Of a DNA stretch of 64,000 bases, positions 13,804 to 28,481 are shown one piece after another (the first letter of the stretch is position 1; the number at the start of each line of letters is the position of its first letter). The stretch spans positions 781,834 through 845,833 of the forward strand of contig JALDTO010000213.1 in NCBI GenBank assembly GCA_023515725.1, given 5' to 3'. The translations under genes and the position numbers were made by a program. Under the pieces are notes generated by a model. It was not told the origin of the DNA. It was given only the letters and a program-made list of their open reading frames with translations, and made no database searches. The DNA comes from Amoeboaphelidium protococcarum X5 (lineage: Eukaryota; Fungi; Aphelidiomycota).

Positions 13804-14098
13804 GTTGTAACACGTTCAAATTATACTTAATTACAGACACTTCTCAGAGTAGTTACTTTACGACGAGAACACTACCGTCCTGAAACAAAAGCTGAAACGG
13901 AAATCCGCAAAACACAAAGTCGTGAGACGCGTAAAGATTCTATTAAGAAGTTGGCATAACTACGTCAGTATAGTACTGATAAAACAGATTACGAAAAGAT
14001 AGCTACCGTATTCTTAATAATTATATTGAATGGCGCAATGCCACGATATAAATCATTCAAAAAACCACAGTCAATTAATGGATATATCAGTCAGTCAA

Positions 14099-16027
14099 TC
14101 AATCAATCTTGATAGATCCATAAATCTTGCGAACAAATGCGTATGTAGCCCAGAATCCAATCATTCCAGTAGTTAGAAAGTATGCAACGCATCCAATGAG
14201 TAGATATGAAAAGAAGATCATGCCCGCCATATAATTGGTCACTCGCTCAGCTTTAGTCAGATACTGTACAATGCCAAACGTGAGTATGTACCAGGTGGAA
14301 CTACTGGAAACGAAAAATGATTTCCACTACCATCTATAATCTTCACCGCATAGCTAGAAGTATATCATCACTATCGTCACCTCAATGCACGTGATTACCA
14401 GCAAGATGTACACAAGCGCCATGAAACCATACATATAATAGTACTAATCTTGCCACATTGACTTCATGATAAAGAAAAGTTCCATGAAAATGACAGTGAA
14501 GGGGACAATTCCAGCAATGATCATGCTCGGCACTGGTTTAAAGTATATGCTTTACTCTGGTATCTACCGAGGAATTTAATTGGTGCGAACAGGATGCGAT
14601 ATAGCCGCCGTCTTTCTATCTGCAAAGAATGCTCCGAGCAGTACCAATGGCAAGGAGACAAAGAGCCATATGGAGATCAGAGCCACAAAAGTTCCAAAAG
14701 GCAACGCTCCACTACTATGCAGAGCCCAGTTGAATGTATTAAGAACACACAACACTATGAAGAGAATGAGTGGAAATATAGTAGCGGTCCAGAATGCATT
14801 AATCAATACACCACTTCTACCACCTTTGAATGATTTTCTCAGGCGTGAAGTATAATATCCGGCAAAAACACCAGCCAATGCCCAGAATACCAGCGCATAA
14901 GTCAAGAATCCGCCACGGAAACTTGGATTAAATATACCGAATAGAGCAAAGAGAAGTGTGAGGGATGCACTAACAAGAATTTAAACACCACACCCGACAA
15001 AAGCCGCCAGATGACCAACACGTCTCGGAGTTCTAAACACATCACCGTGCAACATCTTCCAACCAATAATGTCATCCACAGACTCCTCATCATCTTTATT
15101 ATATGCGGCAATATCTTTTCTCAATGTGGCAAGCATAATAAACGCCACAATCGCTGTGAGGACTACAAGAAGCATAAGTGAATTGACAATGGAATACCAA
15201 TGAATTTGAGCATTAGAACTATCAATGTACACATCCCATCTTCGACCCCAGTCAGTATTTCCATCCTCCTTCCATGTGAGAGAGTATGTATAAGCCACAT
15301 CTTAAACATCATCATTATCATTATCATGATCATCAGCACTGTTAGTCACTTCTGATGCACTGCGCAATTCCAACGGATCACTGCGCTCATCCACAACACC
15401 TCCCATACACTTGCTAGCCTCAACCTCAGCGCTGACTGGCACCAGACGGAACCCAGTTATCAGTATCTCTTCCTGATCGCTACCAGAAAATTGATACAAA
15501 ACAGTGATGTCAACGTGATTATTAAGATAAAACTTGTTATTTTCCAAATCAACCTATCCCAGGTAGAAACCAACTTCATACCTGCCAGGATTAAAAGGGT
15601 CCTCAACGGCAGCGGGTAGACCATCCAACAACCATTCAGCCCGATAATCCTCAGCGATATACTATTTAGCAAGATTAAGATCCGTTTAAGAGAATTCATG
15701 CTCACATATAACTCCACATTTAACATCTTCCAACACCTTGAACTGAACACCGCTCTTGATTATACGATCTCCACTGAATATCTCGCCCAGATTCAACGAG
15801 TCAAATTCATACTTTTACGGATGACATAGAAACGGCACATCAACATAGGCAAAAGGCAGCTGACTAGTGTCTGATTCAATTTTGTTATACTTCAGATCAA
15901 CCAAATCACCCTTCTTGTACTTGACCGGAGCAATCTGAGACACATAGAAAGCCTCAACTGTGCTCAAGTAGCAAACTAATGCAATCGCTGCGACTTTTAA
16001 ACGATGAAGCAATATGTGACACACCAT
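14099..16027 (-). CDS. Transmembrane 9 superfamily protein (EMP70/TMN family)
   Basis: Signal peptide, IHWYSIVNS, GWKMLHGDVFR, RTNQIPRQIPEQ, C-terminal KIYGSIKID; 643 codons. Confidence 0.96.
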
Positions 16028-16288
16028 TTAATCAAGAATATTATATACACTTAAAATTAGAAATATACACGAAATCTAACTAAAATCAAATATATCCCAC
16101 TGAAGTCTAAACAAATTCCCAACCGGATGAATTTGAAGAGGAAGAAAGTTTTAGCGAGTGGAGAAAAGCAAAACGGAAACGAAAGAGAGAAGAGGCGACC
16201 GCAGTTCAACGATTTTAATAGCATCTGCTTCTCAACTGTTTCATCATTCAATTTCATCATTCAGTACATTTAGTCAGTCAGTCTAACA

Positions 16289-17019
16289 TCATAGCTTTGC
16301 CTTATTACTCTGATCCTCCAAATACAGAACCATTTCAATTTCCTTCGCTTTGCTACATTTCAATTAAGGTAATCACGGGTGATACAATTCGTCTTATATA
16401 AGGGTAATAAAAATCCTACAATCCACATTTTTCATACTACACGTATATCAATGATGTTCATACATCAAAGATGGTTAATACTTTATTAAAAAATATAATT
16501 AGATAAATACTTACAAATGGAACATTTTTTTCACTGCAGTCCAGGATAATCTTGTAACAGCCGTTCTACTTTCCAACATACTTCAAAGCCTCGATAATGT
16601 ACAGACCAAACTTCAGACTACGATATTCCTTATGCACCACAACATCCTCCAAGTGAGCGACAAGACCGTTCTGATGAACAAACTTTCTCTCAACGATACT
16701 ACAGATGATTAACTTTAAAAAATATATCCATGTAAATAACTCAAAGTTAACAGTAAGTTTACCAAGTGCCAGAGGCAGCAATTATATTCTTCTTTGTATC
16801 TTCAATTACCACGGTGAAGTACTCGTAATTGTGGGCTTTCAGATAGTGGAATCTGTCCAGAAATTACGCCTCGGTCAGATCGCCGACAGTGGTCAGATGA
16901 GACAACGCAGTCAGGAATCCTCTGTGATAGTCATCAGATTTCAAAGGACGCACCTTAAAGCCATTAGGCAGCTAACTTTATACTTGATCAGATATGAACT
17001 TGGTTGAAAACAAATCCAT
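16289..17019 (-). CDS. GNA1: Glucosamine-6-phosphate N-acetyltransferase, paralog A (3 introns, 17-nt micro-exon)
   Basis: VRPLKSDDYHRGFL..LSHLTTVG, VERKFVH..AHLEDVVV, GCYKIILDCSEKNVPFYEKCGF after splicing. Confidence 0.92.
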
Positions 17020-17248
17020 TTTGTAGTACTTTATTAGTGATTGTTTCAGATGAATAACTACAGCTATATTGCAAAAGAGTACGATAAAAGCAGGCTTTGA
17101 GTGAAAAGAATGAGGACGGACGGGCCAAAAAGAATTTGGAGCGAGAACAGAGTGCTTTGAAAGGCGCGTCCAGCTCAGAACTCAAACTTCATTTCTGAGG
17201 TATCACATGAATATCTTCCTTCCTACCGTAAAACAATACCATTTTTTA

Positions 17249-17472
17249 ATGATGGACTCTTTAAACAACTCGGCTGATCCTACTTAAAGTAAGCCTTTGA
17301 TATACTGTACTTTCAGAACTAATTTATTTGATTAAGTGTAGTCATTCGGAAAATGTCTGAAATTCTAGGAACTGGTTTGGGAGATGAAGCATTGGCGATT
17401 TGTATTAGACTTTTACAATCTGGTGTCAATCCAGAGGCATTAGCTGCTGTTATCCGTGAATTAAGGAAATGA
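17249..17472 (+). CDS. MZT1: Mitotic-spindle organizing protein 1 (MOZART1); intron 17289-17341
   Basis: [43 protein letters not shown]. Confidence 0.93.
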
Positions 17473-17689
17473 AATATGAATGAACTCTTTGTGTTTAAAT
17501 TTGCGCTTGGTACTTGTATGCATTTTGGGAAACAAGCATTTGTATGAACAAAGTACATTATATGAACCGAGTGTCGCAAGACAGTGTCAACACTTGGTTC
17601 CGTTATCAGTAAGAGTACGCACCATAAAGCAACTATCATGACTACAGTGAAAACATTCATTATATTCTCATCATCAGTAATAATTTTGA

Positions 17690-19509
17690 TCATCTTGAAA
17701 AGTCCATCATTTCAATAGTTGTTGTGCTTCCTTTTTGTATGGCGGTAACTAGTCGCGTCTTGTCAATGGCCAGTCTCCAAATCCCAGTCGTATCCTCCAA
17801 TAAAGTTCTGATTAATTTGCCAGTCTTAAGATCCCTACATGTTTTTGAATTAGATATTCATTATGAAATGTAATATACTTATCGATAGAGCATACTTACC
17901 ATATTTTAACACCATCGTCCCCACCTGTGACCAGTCTGTCTCCCTGAAACTGTAATGAAGTCACGCTGTTGGCATGAGCCTCAAGACGGTATTTGCACTC
18001 CAACATGCGCATGTCCCACACGAAAATATATCCATCAGATCCCCCAGTAACTAATACATCATCTTTCAATTACATGTGACCCACCAAAGAATCATGGCCT
18101 TCAAGTACAACCAGACATGAGCCAGTCTTAGCGTCCCACACTCGCACAGACGCATCCAATGATCCAGAGCATGCAAATCTTCCATCAAAGCACACAGAGT
18201 AGATCTACTAATCATGTCCGGTAAACTCGCGCACACATTGACCAGATTGAAGGTCCCATAAGCGCAAATTATTATCATACGATCCAGACAGGACTAAATT
18301 ATCATGAACGGAGAGGCAGCGGATACTTCCAGTGTGGCCGCGTAGTACATGTAGGCATTCACCGTTGAGAATATCCCAAACTCGAAGAGTGTTATCTCTG
18401 GATCCGGTAACGCATCGATTCTCATCTAGCATCTTGAGACAGCGTATGGTAGAAGTGTGACCGGAGAGCCTTAATCGACAAGTGCTGGATCTGATATCCC
18501 ACACTCTGAGATCTCTGTCACAGCCACCAGACACCAAGACATTATTTCTAAATTCCATAGCCCAAACGCCACCATCATGGCCAGTAAATCTGCGTATTCT
18601 CTTACCTGAAGAGAGATCGTATACCTCGACAAGGCCAAAGGCAGAGTTATCAGTAGCAACAGCCAAGTACTAGCCTTGAATCTGAAGACAAGTAACTATC
18701 GCAGATTTCGTACCTTCCTAGCTAATGTGTGAACATTGACCTTTATTCCAGTTTTAATTGAGAGTGTACTCGGATATGAATTAGTTCTTGAATGACCTTT
18801 ATACACCAGCAGTGTCAATATCCATTAGATAGGTGTCAATGGAGGCTTTACTTCGAGCAGAGACTGGAGTGAGAGGGACCATGCACGTCAAATCAGATAG
18901 CGAACTATTCTAGGAGGCAATTTAAGAGCATTGGACATCCTAACTTTTATTAGCCATGTACTCATACTTGATGCACATCTACTTCCAGAAGTGATCATCT
19001 TCAGTTATGGATTGATGAAGGCGAGAGCATTGCGACAACTAACACGCGCTCTCGATCGGCAAAAAAGACAAAACATGAAGAGCCAGCTCGTGAGGAAGTT
19101 GGCCGATAATATCCACACGCAGACGAGGGAGAGTGATATTAGCCAGAAGAGAGAGTTGTCTGATACTGCAATGACTTGATACGAGAGTATTGAGAAGAGC
19201 ATCTTTCTACTAGTCAGTCAGCTGCATGAACCCAGAAATAAATGAATGGACATCGTGATGATACGATTATACGGATGATGAGGAAGTAATAGAGGAGGGA
19301 GACATTGTGGCCTTGTTGCCACCAAATAGGAAAATCTATGAGGATGGTGAGGGGAACAAGACACATTTATTCAGAGCATTCTGCTACTAAGAGAACTATG
19401 GTTGTAGAGAGGATAGATTTTGAGAAGCATAAGTGACAGGATGTTGAAACATTGCACTTGAGGGCTCATCACCAGCAGTCTTTCTTCTCTTGTGCTAATG
19501 GACAGTCAT
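17690..19509 (-). CDS. F-box/WD40 protein (Cdc4/FBXW7-like; 1 intron)
   Basis: F-box DIIGQLPHELALHVLSFL; WD40 repeats GHDGGVW, GHTSTIRC, GSRDNTLRVWD. Confidence 0.9.
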
Positions 19510-20230
19510 TATGTGCAATATACAGGACAGAGGACAGATATATACTAAATACGACAGCAGCTCAATAAATACCAGCACTAAATTACGATTTAAAAACAGA
19601 ATAGCAGCCGGACGATGGGCGAACGGGTTTTGTTTTGCCTCTTTCCCAGATGGATCTTGGTCGTTTTCCTGAACGAGTCGATGAAATGGAGAAAAGTTGA
19701 AACAAATACAAATCTGGAACGCGGCTCAATTTACTTTTACTTGACGCTTCAAAATATTTCACTGTACTGTACGTGTCATGCATTATTGTTTCACATTTTC
19801 GTTACATTGGAAGAGTCACGATTCTCAATAAGTTAGTTATCTAGAACTTGCTGCTGATTATACTTTCGAAGTAAATTCGGATTCTTTTGTAGATTCAAAT
19901 ACTCAGTCGCTCACATTTTCATGTTCATATTTCATTCAGGACGTGTTTTTTTTCTTCGCTATATGTAACCATGCTATTACATATGTCTACCGGCATATTG
20001 TTTTCGCAATCATTACGAAATTTACCCATAGTTGTGGATCCTTGGCTCTCCTAAATACTGTACATGGCGAAATATCTCACATTCAATCGCCCTTCAACCA
20101 AATCTTTTTTTTCAATTACCGCGTCGCTTTCGTGAGTCGTCTTTACTCGATTGTTCCTTCTCTTCTGCTGTCGCTCTAGATAGACATAACAGTTGTATTG
20201 TCAAGTAACTATTCAATTAGTTATCAGCTA

Positions 20231-21516
20231 ATGAACGCGGTTTCTGTAGGCTTTTAATTTTAATTTATATTTTAAACTAATTGGTATATCTGGATTTACT
20301 TATGTAGTCATTGCTTGGATTGGGTGCTCCGTCTGTGGATATTTAAATTACCCTGAATAATGAAGACTAGAGGAAGAAGATTGCCGTTCCGTTGAGACTG
20401 TCCCGCTCAGAGATGAAGAATGGCAGTACCATGTCACTGGACAAGGCAGAGTAGAAGACTGAATTGTTCCCGCTGTATTTTGATGGAGAGCCAGTCAAAG
20501 GCAAGATTCTTATAAAGGCGAAAGATGGCAAGAAGGTGGAGCATAACGGGATCAAGTGCGAATTTGTCGGCTAAATTGGTGAGATTATTATTGTATTTTA
20601 TTGTCTTCAAGAAGCCATATAGTATAAGTGCTTAGTATGTAGAACTATTCAATGATCGCGGAAACCATAATGAATTTTTAACTTTGAGAAATGAGTTGGC
20701 TGCACCTGGAGAACTGAGACATACTGTCAATTATGATTTTGAGTTTAGAAATGTGGAGAAGCAGTACGAGTGCTATAGGGGTATTAATGCTCGCTTACGG
20801 TATGTCTTTGCTATTTACTTGGGTAGTCGACTTTTGTCAATAACGTGCATGATGTACTTGGTGTAGATATATGGTTAGAGTCACGATCAGTAGAAGATTG
20901 TCGGACATTATAAATGAGAAGGATGTCTGGGTGTACAATTATAAAATTCCGCCTCAGGTGAATGATTCTATCAGAATGGAGGTTGGAATTGAAGACTGTT
21001 TGCATATTGAATTTGAATACAACAAGTCTAAATACAACATGAAAGATGTCATTGTTGGCAAGATTTACTTTCTTCTGGTGCGCATTAAGGTTAAGCATAT
21101 GGAATTGTCAATAATAAGACGTGAGACTGTCGGAGCACGTAAGATTTATTGTTACATATACTCATCGATGTAATTTATTACATATCGTATTAATGTGTGT
21201 TTGTGTAGCTCCTAATTAATACAATGAAAATGAAACTGTTGTGAAGCATGAGATTATGGATGGCGCGCCTATTCGCGGTGAGACTATCCCGCTGAGATTG
21301 TTCTTGTCTCCGCTCAACTTGACACCAACCTTTAGAGACGTGAACAAGAGATTCTCCGTGCGCTACTATCTCAACCTGGTGCTGATAGATGAGGAGAACA
21401 GACGCTACTTCAAATAACAGGAGGTGACAGTGTTTAGAACAAGAAATTCGGATGAAGTACAAATTGAAGAAACTATGCCTGTTGGCATGGCTCAAGCGTT
21501 ATAAGCATGGCAATGA
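20231..21516 (+). CDS. VPS26: Retromer subunit Vps26 (4 introns)
   Basis: [61 protein letters not shown]. Confidence 0.97.
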
Positions 21517-21611
21517 AATAAATTCATGAACATTTTATTTTATTTTCCACGTTCTTTACAATACTGCCATCTTCCACCTTAAACTACATCGCGCCATTCA
21601 CTCATATAAAT

Positions 21612-22229
21612 TCAACCCAGCATGGGACCAAATATCTCGAGCGCTTTCTTTCTTCTGATCTGGCACTGCTCGCGCGTCTTGGAGACTTCGGCGTAACGCG
21701 TCGCCAATTTCTGTTTCAGATCCAATTCAAATTTATCCGTTTCAGAAATGAGGCTCAGCATTTGGCGCAATGAGTGATTAGTCAACTGACTTACACGATT
21801 GATGGTGTCCTAGTACTACTGCTTTGAGATGTGCTCAGCATCGGGAGGATTGAAAATGCTCATAACATTGGATGCTGCATCGTCATTGTTATCAGTTGCT
21901 TCGTCTTGTTTTACACGCTCAGCATTTTCCTGCTTCTTCAGCCATTGCTTTGCATACACGTCCATGTCAGGCTTGATATCTGGCTACTGTGAAGCCTGAG
22001 TACCCGTTTTAGATTCAACTTCCATCAGATCCTTATGAACATCTTCATCTTCACTGTCTGTGAATCCGTTTGCAGAAACCACGCTTTCTGAGGATGACTC
22101 TTCACCATCATTATCACCAGTCAGATTGATAGTTTCTTCCTGGCTGTAAATGGATCTGTTCACCACGTGAGATGATTACACTTACCCATTACCACTTTAC
22201 ATACGCGCCAAAAAAGAATTCTAAGTCAT
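21612..22229 (-). CDS. Hypothetical protein, acidic N-half and C-terminal coiled coil
   Basis: Uninterrupted 206-codon table-6 ORF (ATG to TGA) filling the gap between VPS26 and VPS60; no family recognised. Confidence 0.6.
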
Positions 22230-22411
22230 ATTTAGAATGAACTTTACTATGTTAGTACAGATTGACTTAAAAGATTGAAATATTAGTTTAATATGAATAT
22301 CCCAGCAGAGATGATATGGTATGAGTACAGGGTGAAAGTAGAAGAAGAGGTAAGATCTGAAACAAGAATGGAAAGATCTAAATCAGTCACAATTACAACA
22401 ACACAAGAGAC

Positions 22412-23282
22412 TCACTGCGCAGTAACAAATCCAAACTCATCAACCTTCTGTGGCTCTTCCGTCTGCTGACCGCTTCCACCTTCAGGCAGGGCTGGTAAAG
22501 CGCCTCCAATTTCAGGTTCATCCTGCAAGTACGTGGGAACTTCATCTTCATTAAACATCACCTCTTCTCCAAGTGCGTCCAACTCTACAATTACGAGTCA
22601 CACATGTAAAATATAAGTATATTAGCAATCAACTATAAAATCTTACCAGCTTCTAAATCAGCCTCGTCAATGTCATCAGGCGTTCCATATGATCTGCCTA
22701 ATGCCTCTTGTATTTCATTAGCCTCTTCCATCATGTCGGCCATATCGTCTTGCATCTTTTCGATTTTATCAATGTTAATCTTCTTATACTAAGTCTTCAT
22801 TTCCTTCATTCCAGTCTTCATGGCTTACACGGTGGTTATCGTGTTTTTCAAGTTCTCTGTAGTGAACTGCGCCTATTCCATATTGAATCCTTATTGCATC
22901 AATTAATCTCGCTAGTTTTCATACAACTTTTTCTACTGCAACACTTTCATAGCTCTCTATTTTACACTATTCTACAGACATTATCAATCGACGCTAATGA
23001 TAACTTTTAACTCCAACATGCACAAAATCAACAAAACATAATCTTACTTTAGCTGGACCATCTCGCATCTTGGACATTTAATCGCGATACTTCATAAGTT
23101 CGGCATCTAATCGCTTAATTTTAACCTCCACCGACTCTACTCTACTATCAGTCTACAAAATGGATTTAGATTAGAATAGTCGATCAAACTTATAACAAGG
23201 CAGCATAAAATCTTACTGTTGATATCGCATCACCTAATGTAGCCTTAGGCACCTTTTTAGTACTTCCAAAGAACCTATTCAT
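22412..23282 (-). CDS. VPS60: ESCRT-III associated Vps60/CHMP5 (3 introns)
   Basis: [75 protein letters not shown]. Confidence 0.95.
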
Positions 23283-23558
23283 TCTATTATATTAGAATCA
23301 AAAAATTTCAGTATTGTTTTAAGAAGAGAATTTATAACGATGAAGATCTCAAAGCTCATAGGAAGCGGATAAGAAATTCTCAAGTTCTGAAGGAAAATGT
23401 TTCGCTGATCGTTCGTTAGTGTTGTGTTGTTGTTTCTACGCTGAGATTATTACTGAACAGAACAGCGTATTACTTTGGACTTCCTTCTCATATATTCGCA
23501 TTTCAAACACTGTTCAATTTTATCGCTTAATATTCTCTAAAATCTTTTTAAAAATATT

Positions 23559-24056
<498 letters not shown>

Positions 24057-24177
24057 TAGATGTGAGCTCTGATGATAAGTGGTAATTATTTTAATCTATT
24101 CAATTTTGATTTATTCTCATCACACTCATCAATGTCAGGCTATTCTCGGTGTAAGATAGGTCGGACAAAATTCCAAA

Positions 24178-27100
24178 TCACTTTTACTTGCCTCCACCAT
24201 GGTGCCATTTGTCAATAAGTCTTCCATCCTTTGATTGTGCGTCAGGCTTAAGCACAGAAGATTACTTCAAAGACGGCGCTGGTTACGCTTAACTGTTGTC
24301 ATTTGAGGTTACGCGACTTCCACCTTTAGCAGTACCACTATTACCACCTGACGATGAATCCACAGATTGATGAGTCTCAGGCCTAGGCTCACACAAAAGA
24401 CTGTACGCATAGAGTCTCTTGTCAGGCAGTGCTATCAACTTGGAACAAAAGTCATACGTAACAGGATCCTCGGCAAACACATAAGGTGTCTACTTCAATG
24501 CTTCAATCCTCTTGATGATCTCAAATATCTACCAATTCTTACTAAAGTTTATGAGTCCATTCGCTAGCGTCTTTGGATTACCATCATTGGTGAAGGTCAG
24601 ATCCTTTAAGTACAAACCGAGGAAAGGGACAAATGGATTACCGAGCAACTTCACCTCGACATCGCGATATGTCTGGTAATTATGCTTCGGGTCCATTATC
24701 CTCTCAATATCATGGAGAGTGTGCATCAGCTTTGGATTGACGTTGGCCCATGTTTTCTTAAGTCGCATCACCGCCGCCATGTTCAAGCCAGAGATAAATG
24801 CCATCAGAGCATTGTAATTATTAAGGTCTTTCAAAACCTTCATAATCTTTACAATGTTCTCAATTACCATGACTCTGTTCTTCATAATAGGGGTAGTGCA
24901 AATTTCAGTACCAATCCAATAACTGACCTGATTAAAGTGATTAACCCACGCGTCAATCGCAGTTATAGTCTTCTCTTTCTACCACAAATTCTCAATGTAA
25001 TCAATGGGTCTGATCTTTTCAAAGAGCAATCTCTCGACTTTAGTCAGCTGCTCAGCAAATGCATTAGGATCTAACGAGATAAAAGTGGTTACTCCGACAT
25101 TAGATATAATTCCAGTGCTCGGAGCTTCTCTCTTTGCCAGCTCTGCTTTTAATGCTTTAAACTCTTGCTTTTTCTAATCGGAAATAGCCAAAATCTGAGA
25201 CGACATCAGAGCAATTTTCTTTGACGTACGGATGATATCAATGAATTTCTCCAAAATAAGCTGCAAGTTTTTATCGCGATCGAAATCGTCCCACGACAGT
25301 AAGATCCAATTCTAGACGTACGACGCGACCTGCATTTACTCAATCTCAGATCGCGCCTGTTTATCTTACGCACTATGCTTATATCTCTCAATGACTTTCA
25401 TCAGGAGCTCATGAGACTTCATCCAGTGGCGATAGGTGAGGAAAAAGCACTCAATAAATTGGCTATCTGTCGGAGGATCATTAGTAATGCTAGCAGAAAC
25501 TAAATTATCAAGCATTGCAGCATCAATGCGAGGAATGCCTTCTTCGACCTTGATTATCATCTACTCTTTGCCGCCACTTGCTAGCACATAAGTACTTTCA
25601 TCCTACTTGGTAAAACCTGACGCGACAAAAGTATCTGCACAATGTATAAATCGCAGAGCTTCCTTAGCGCGATCCTTGTGGTTAAGAGACAGCTTGGGCT
25701 TGCTACTAGATCCCGTCTCTTGGGACTTTAAAAGGTTGCTACTAGACGTATTACCTTCTTAATATGAGTCTTATTTGTTAAAGCTAGACTTCGACATATT
25801 CTTCACACTGGAAAATAGTCGAGATCTTCTGTTCTCAGTACCATTACTAAATCTAGAGCTGTTCAACTGATCATTGGACGAGTTGCGATACATACTGGCA
25901 ACAGAATCACGCTTTCCAGACTGACGACCATCAGAAACGTCCGAATTAGAGCTTGACATGGCCTTCAAATCACGCAAATCCCTCATGGAGCTGTAATATT
26001 TACTATTTCTAGCATTGAAGAAGCTATTTCTATTGGACGCAGGAGAGATGGAGCTAGGAAGCAAAGACGCAACCTCCTTAGGATCCACTTAATACACACT
26101 GAATCTATTAGAAGTTGAATTGTGCGGACAGAAGAACGTGGCTTCAATATCTGACGCAGGACGCGAAAGCACGTTTTATAATCCACCATCATAAGAGCTA
26201 ATTTTAGCAATGCTAGCCTACTACAAAGGCGTAGGACTAAACTAGCGCACATCACCAACATTATACAGTCCTTTAGAAACGAACTCAATCACTGCAGTAG
26301 ACTTGAGCACGGCTGCATTCCTGTTGATGTACTCGAACATTTACACACATTCATGGAGAAATCTGTTAACCTCAACGACATTAGGAGGTCCCTGACTTAG
26401 CTCTGTGAACGGAGCAACCTTCTTCTAGTTTAATCTGTTGATCTCTTGCAAAAGCCAAAAGATCTCCACATCAGATTTGCGTAATGTATGACTACCCTCG
26501 TCCTACTTACTCTTAGTAGTGAATACTTCAAATACCACAGCATACTTAGCCCTGCCAACCTCTCCGGGAGGTTAAATGTCTATGGACACTGGATAAATCT
26601 TCTTCAAATCACCAGACTTCCTCAGTACAGCTCCTTAGAACTCTTCAATAGACAATTTAGCAACTTGAATCTCTCCATCAGTATTTGAGCGCGCCAGTGG
26701 AGATGACACAGCTGGTTAGGCGACTTACTTTTAATCGAAATCCAACCTTGAAGGACCGAATCCTCTAAAAGCGGTTTACTTTCTTTTATTAACCTGGAAC
26801 GTACTATCTGATGGAGATCCAAAAACCGGAGGCTACATGGATGCACTCAAAGGACTCGGACCTTACCCAAGACTAGACGGCGGTGAACCATCACGGATAT
26901 ACGAAGATTTTTACAAGGACTCACTGATCTCAATCTGTTAACCAAACAAAATCGTGTCACCCATCAACATATCGTGCTTATATGCTAGCGGCATATTCGA
27001 TTCACCGTCGACGATAGACTAACTCAAAGACGCGGCTGAATGCGAGTGCGCCATACTTCCTTATTTGAATGCAGTATTAGATCTTTTCAAATCTTCATTA

Positions 27101-28008
27101 GAGCCCAAAGCTTCATTACTATTCACCAGAGTATCATCCTGATTGCTAAGTTTTTTCACAGTCTATCGCACTGAAGAAGCAAGGGGAATCAGAGAAGCAG
27201 ACAGATTGGCCAGGATTTAAGGATCAATCTCATCACTCTTCTCAATTGAACGTATATCCTTGACAACTTGAATGAAATTAGCCATTAAATCATCACCAAT
27301 GATAGAAGTGAGCCTCTCATTTGCCATAACTTTTTTGATGAACAACACAATCTTTGTTAGATGGCCAAGTATCACCGTGCGCTCTAACGCGTCAGACTTC
27401 AAATAAGTTACCAACTTCTGACAGACTCTTACAAATTCCAAAATATCATCCACAATAGATTCCTTTGCATCAGCACCCAAATCAGTAATCTAAATATTGT
27501 CGGATGAGCCATTTTTCTATTGTTTCTGCTAAATATTAAGTTGATTGTTTCGACTGAGAGTAACACCAGACAATGATGATGGTTTCACTGTGCCAGAACT
27601 TGCACCAGTTGTCTACACAGGCCTGGAGGAGAAGTAAAACTTAACGGCAGCGGCCAAGGACATCAGAGGTGGAAATATAATGAAAGATGCGGCTCTCATC
27701 AATTTGTCATCAGAGCTAGCCTTGGCGATTGCAGCCTCCAACGTCTCAGCCTCTTTGTTAATCAGTTCAACAAGTTAACTCAGTTCATCATCTTGCGCCA
27801 TCGATTGCTCCAAAACTTTGCCCATACCACGTATATTCTTGGCAAATTAAATCAGCTTGCTTCTCAGCACCTTTGCATCAACCGATTGCTGAGGATCATT
27901 TAAGTTACTATTGCTTCCTTATATACTGCTAAAGTAAGTGTTGATATCCTTCCCCTCTTTTGACAGTGAGTCAAGATACTAAGTAAGATGCTTGACGATG
28001 TCTGTCAT
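24178..28008 (-). CDS. Large Ras guanine-nucleotide exchange factor (REM + CDC25 domains)
   Basis: FIECFFLTYRHW (REM); LNNYNALMAFISGL, PFVPFLGLYLKDLTFTNDGN, LINFSK (CDC25); 1277-codon table-6 ORF. Start uncertain, an upstream exon is possible. Confidence 0.9.
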
Positions 28009-28481
28009 TTCAGTGGGGTCTTCTACGTTAATTATTCAACTTTAATTTCCAAGTATGAAAAAGACTTATGAGTTAAAATAAAAAATAGAGTTATTAAAAA
28101 ATGTCTGAATATAGATCGTGCTTTGTGGTTCATGGTGATATTTATAGACATCACCATGCACAATCAGATCAAGGGTGCTGGACAAAACGGGATCATACAG
28201 ATTACTCCACTACAACAGTCATTTTGAATTGCGATTTCGGCTAGATATACTCATTCTGATACTAGCTACTCAGTAAACTTAATGATTTTCATGTCGTGGG
28301 TGAATTACTCTCAAGCGTTGACTTGTAATCTCTCGCTTGAGTATGATCCAAATCTGTCCAAACAACACGAAACATCAAAAGCATGCCCGTCCATCAGCAG
28401 TATAATAAAATCCTCTAAGATATATTACATAATCTATTTATATAATCAAGTATATGTGCAAGTTCTAAATTAAATAAGACC

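Noticed and set aside
19510-20230. RNA genes (including a suppressor-type tRNA-Gln) in longer intergenic regions, also 39480-40230 and 50760-51320
   Set aside because: No cloverleaf, A/B boxes or paired C/D boxes recognised by eye; a covariance-model scan would be needed to exclude them.
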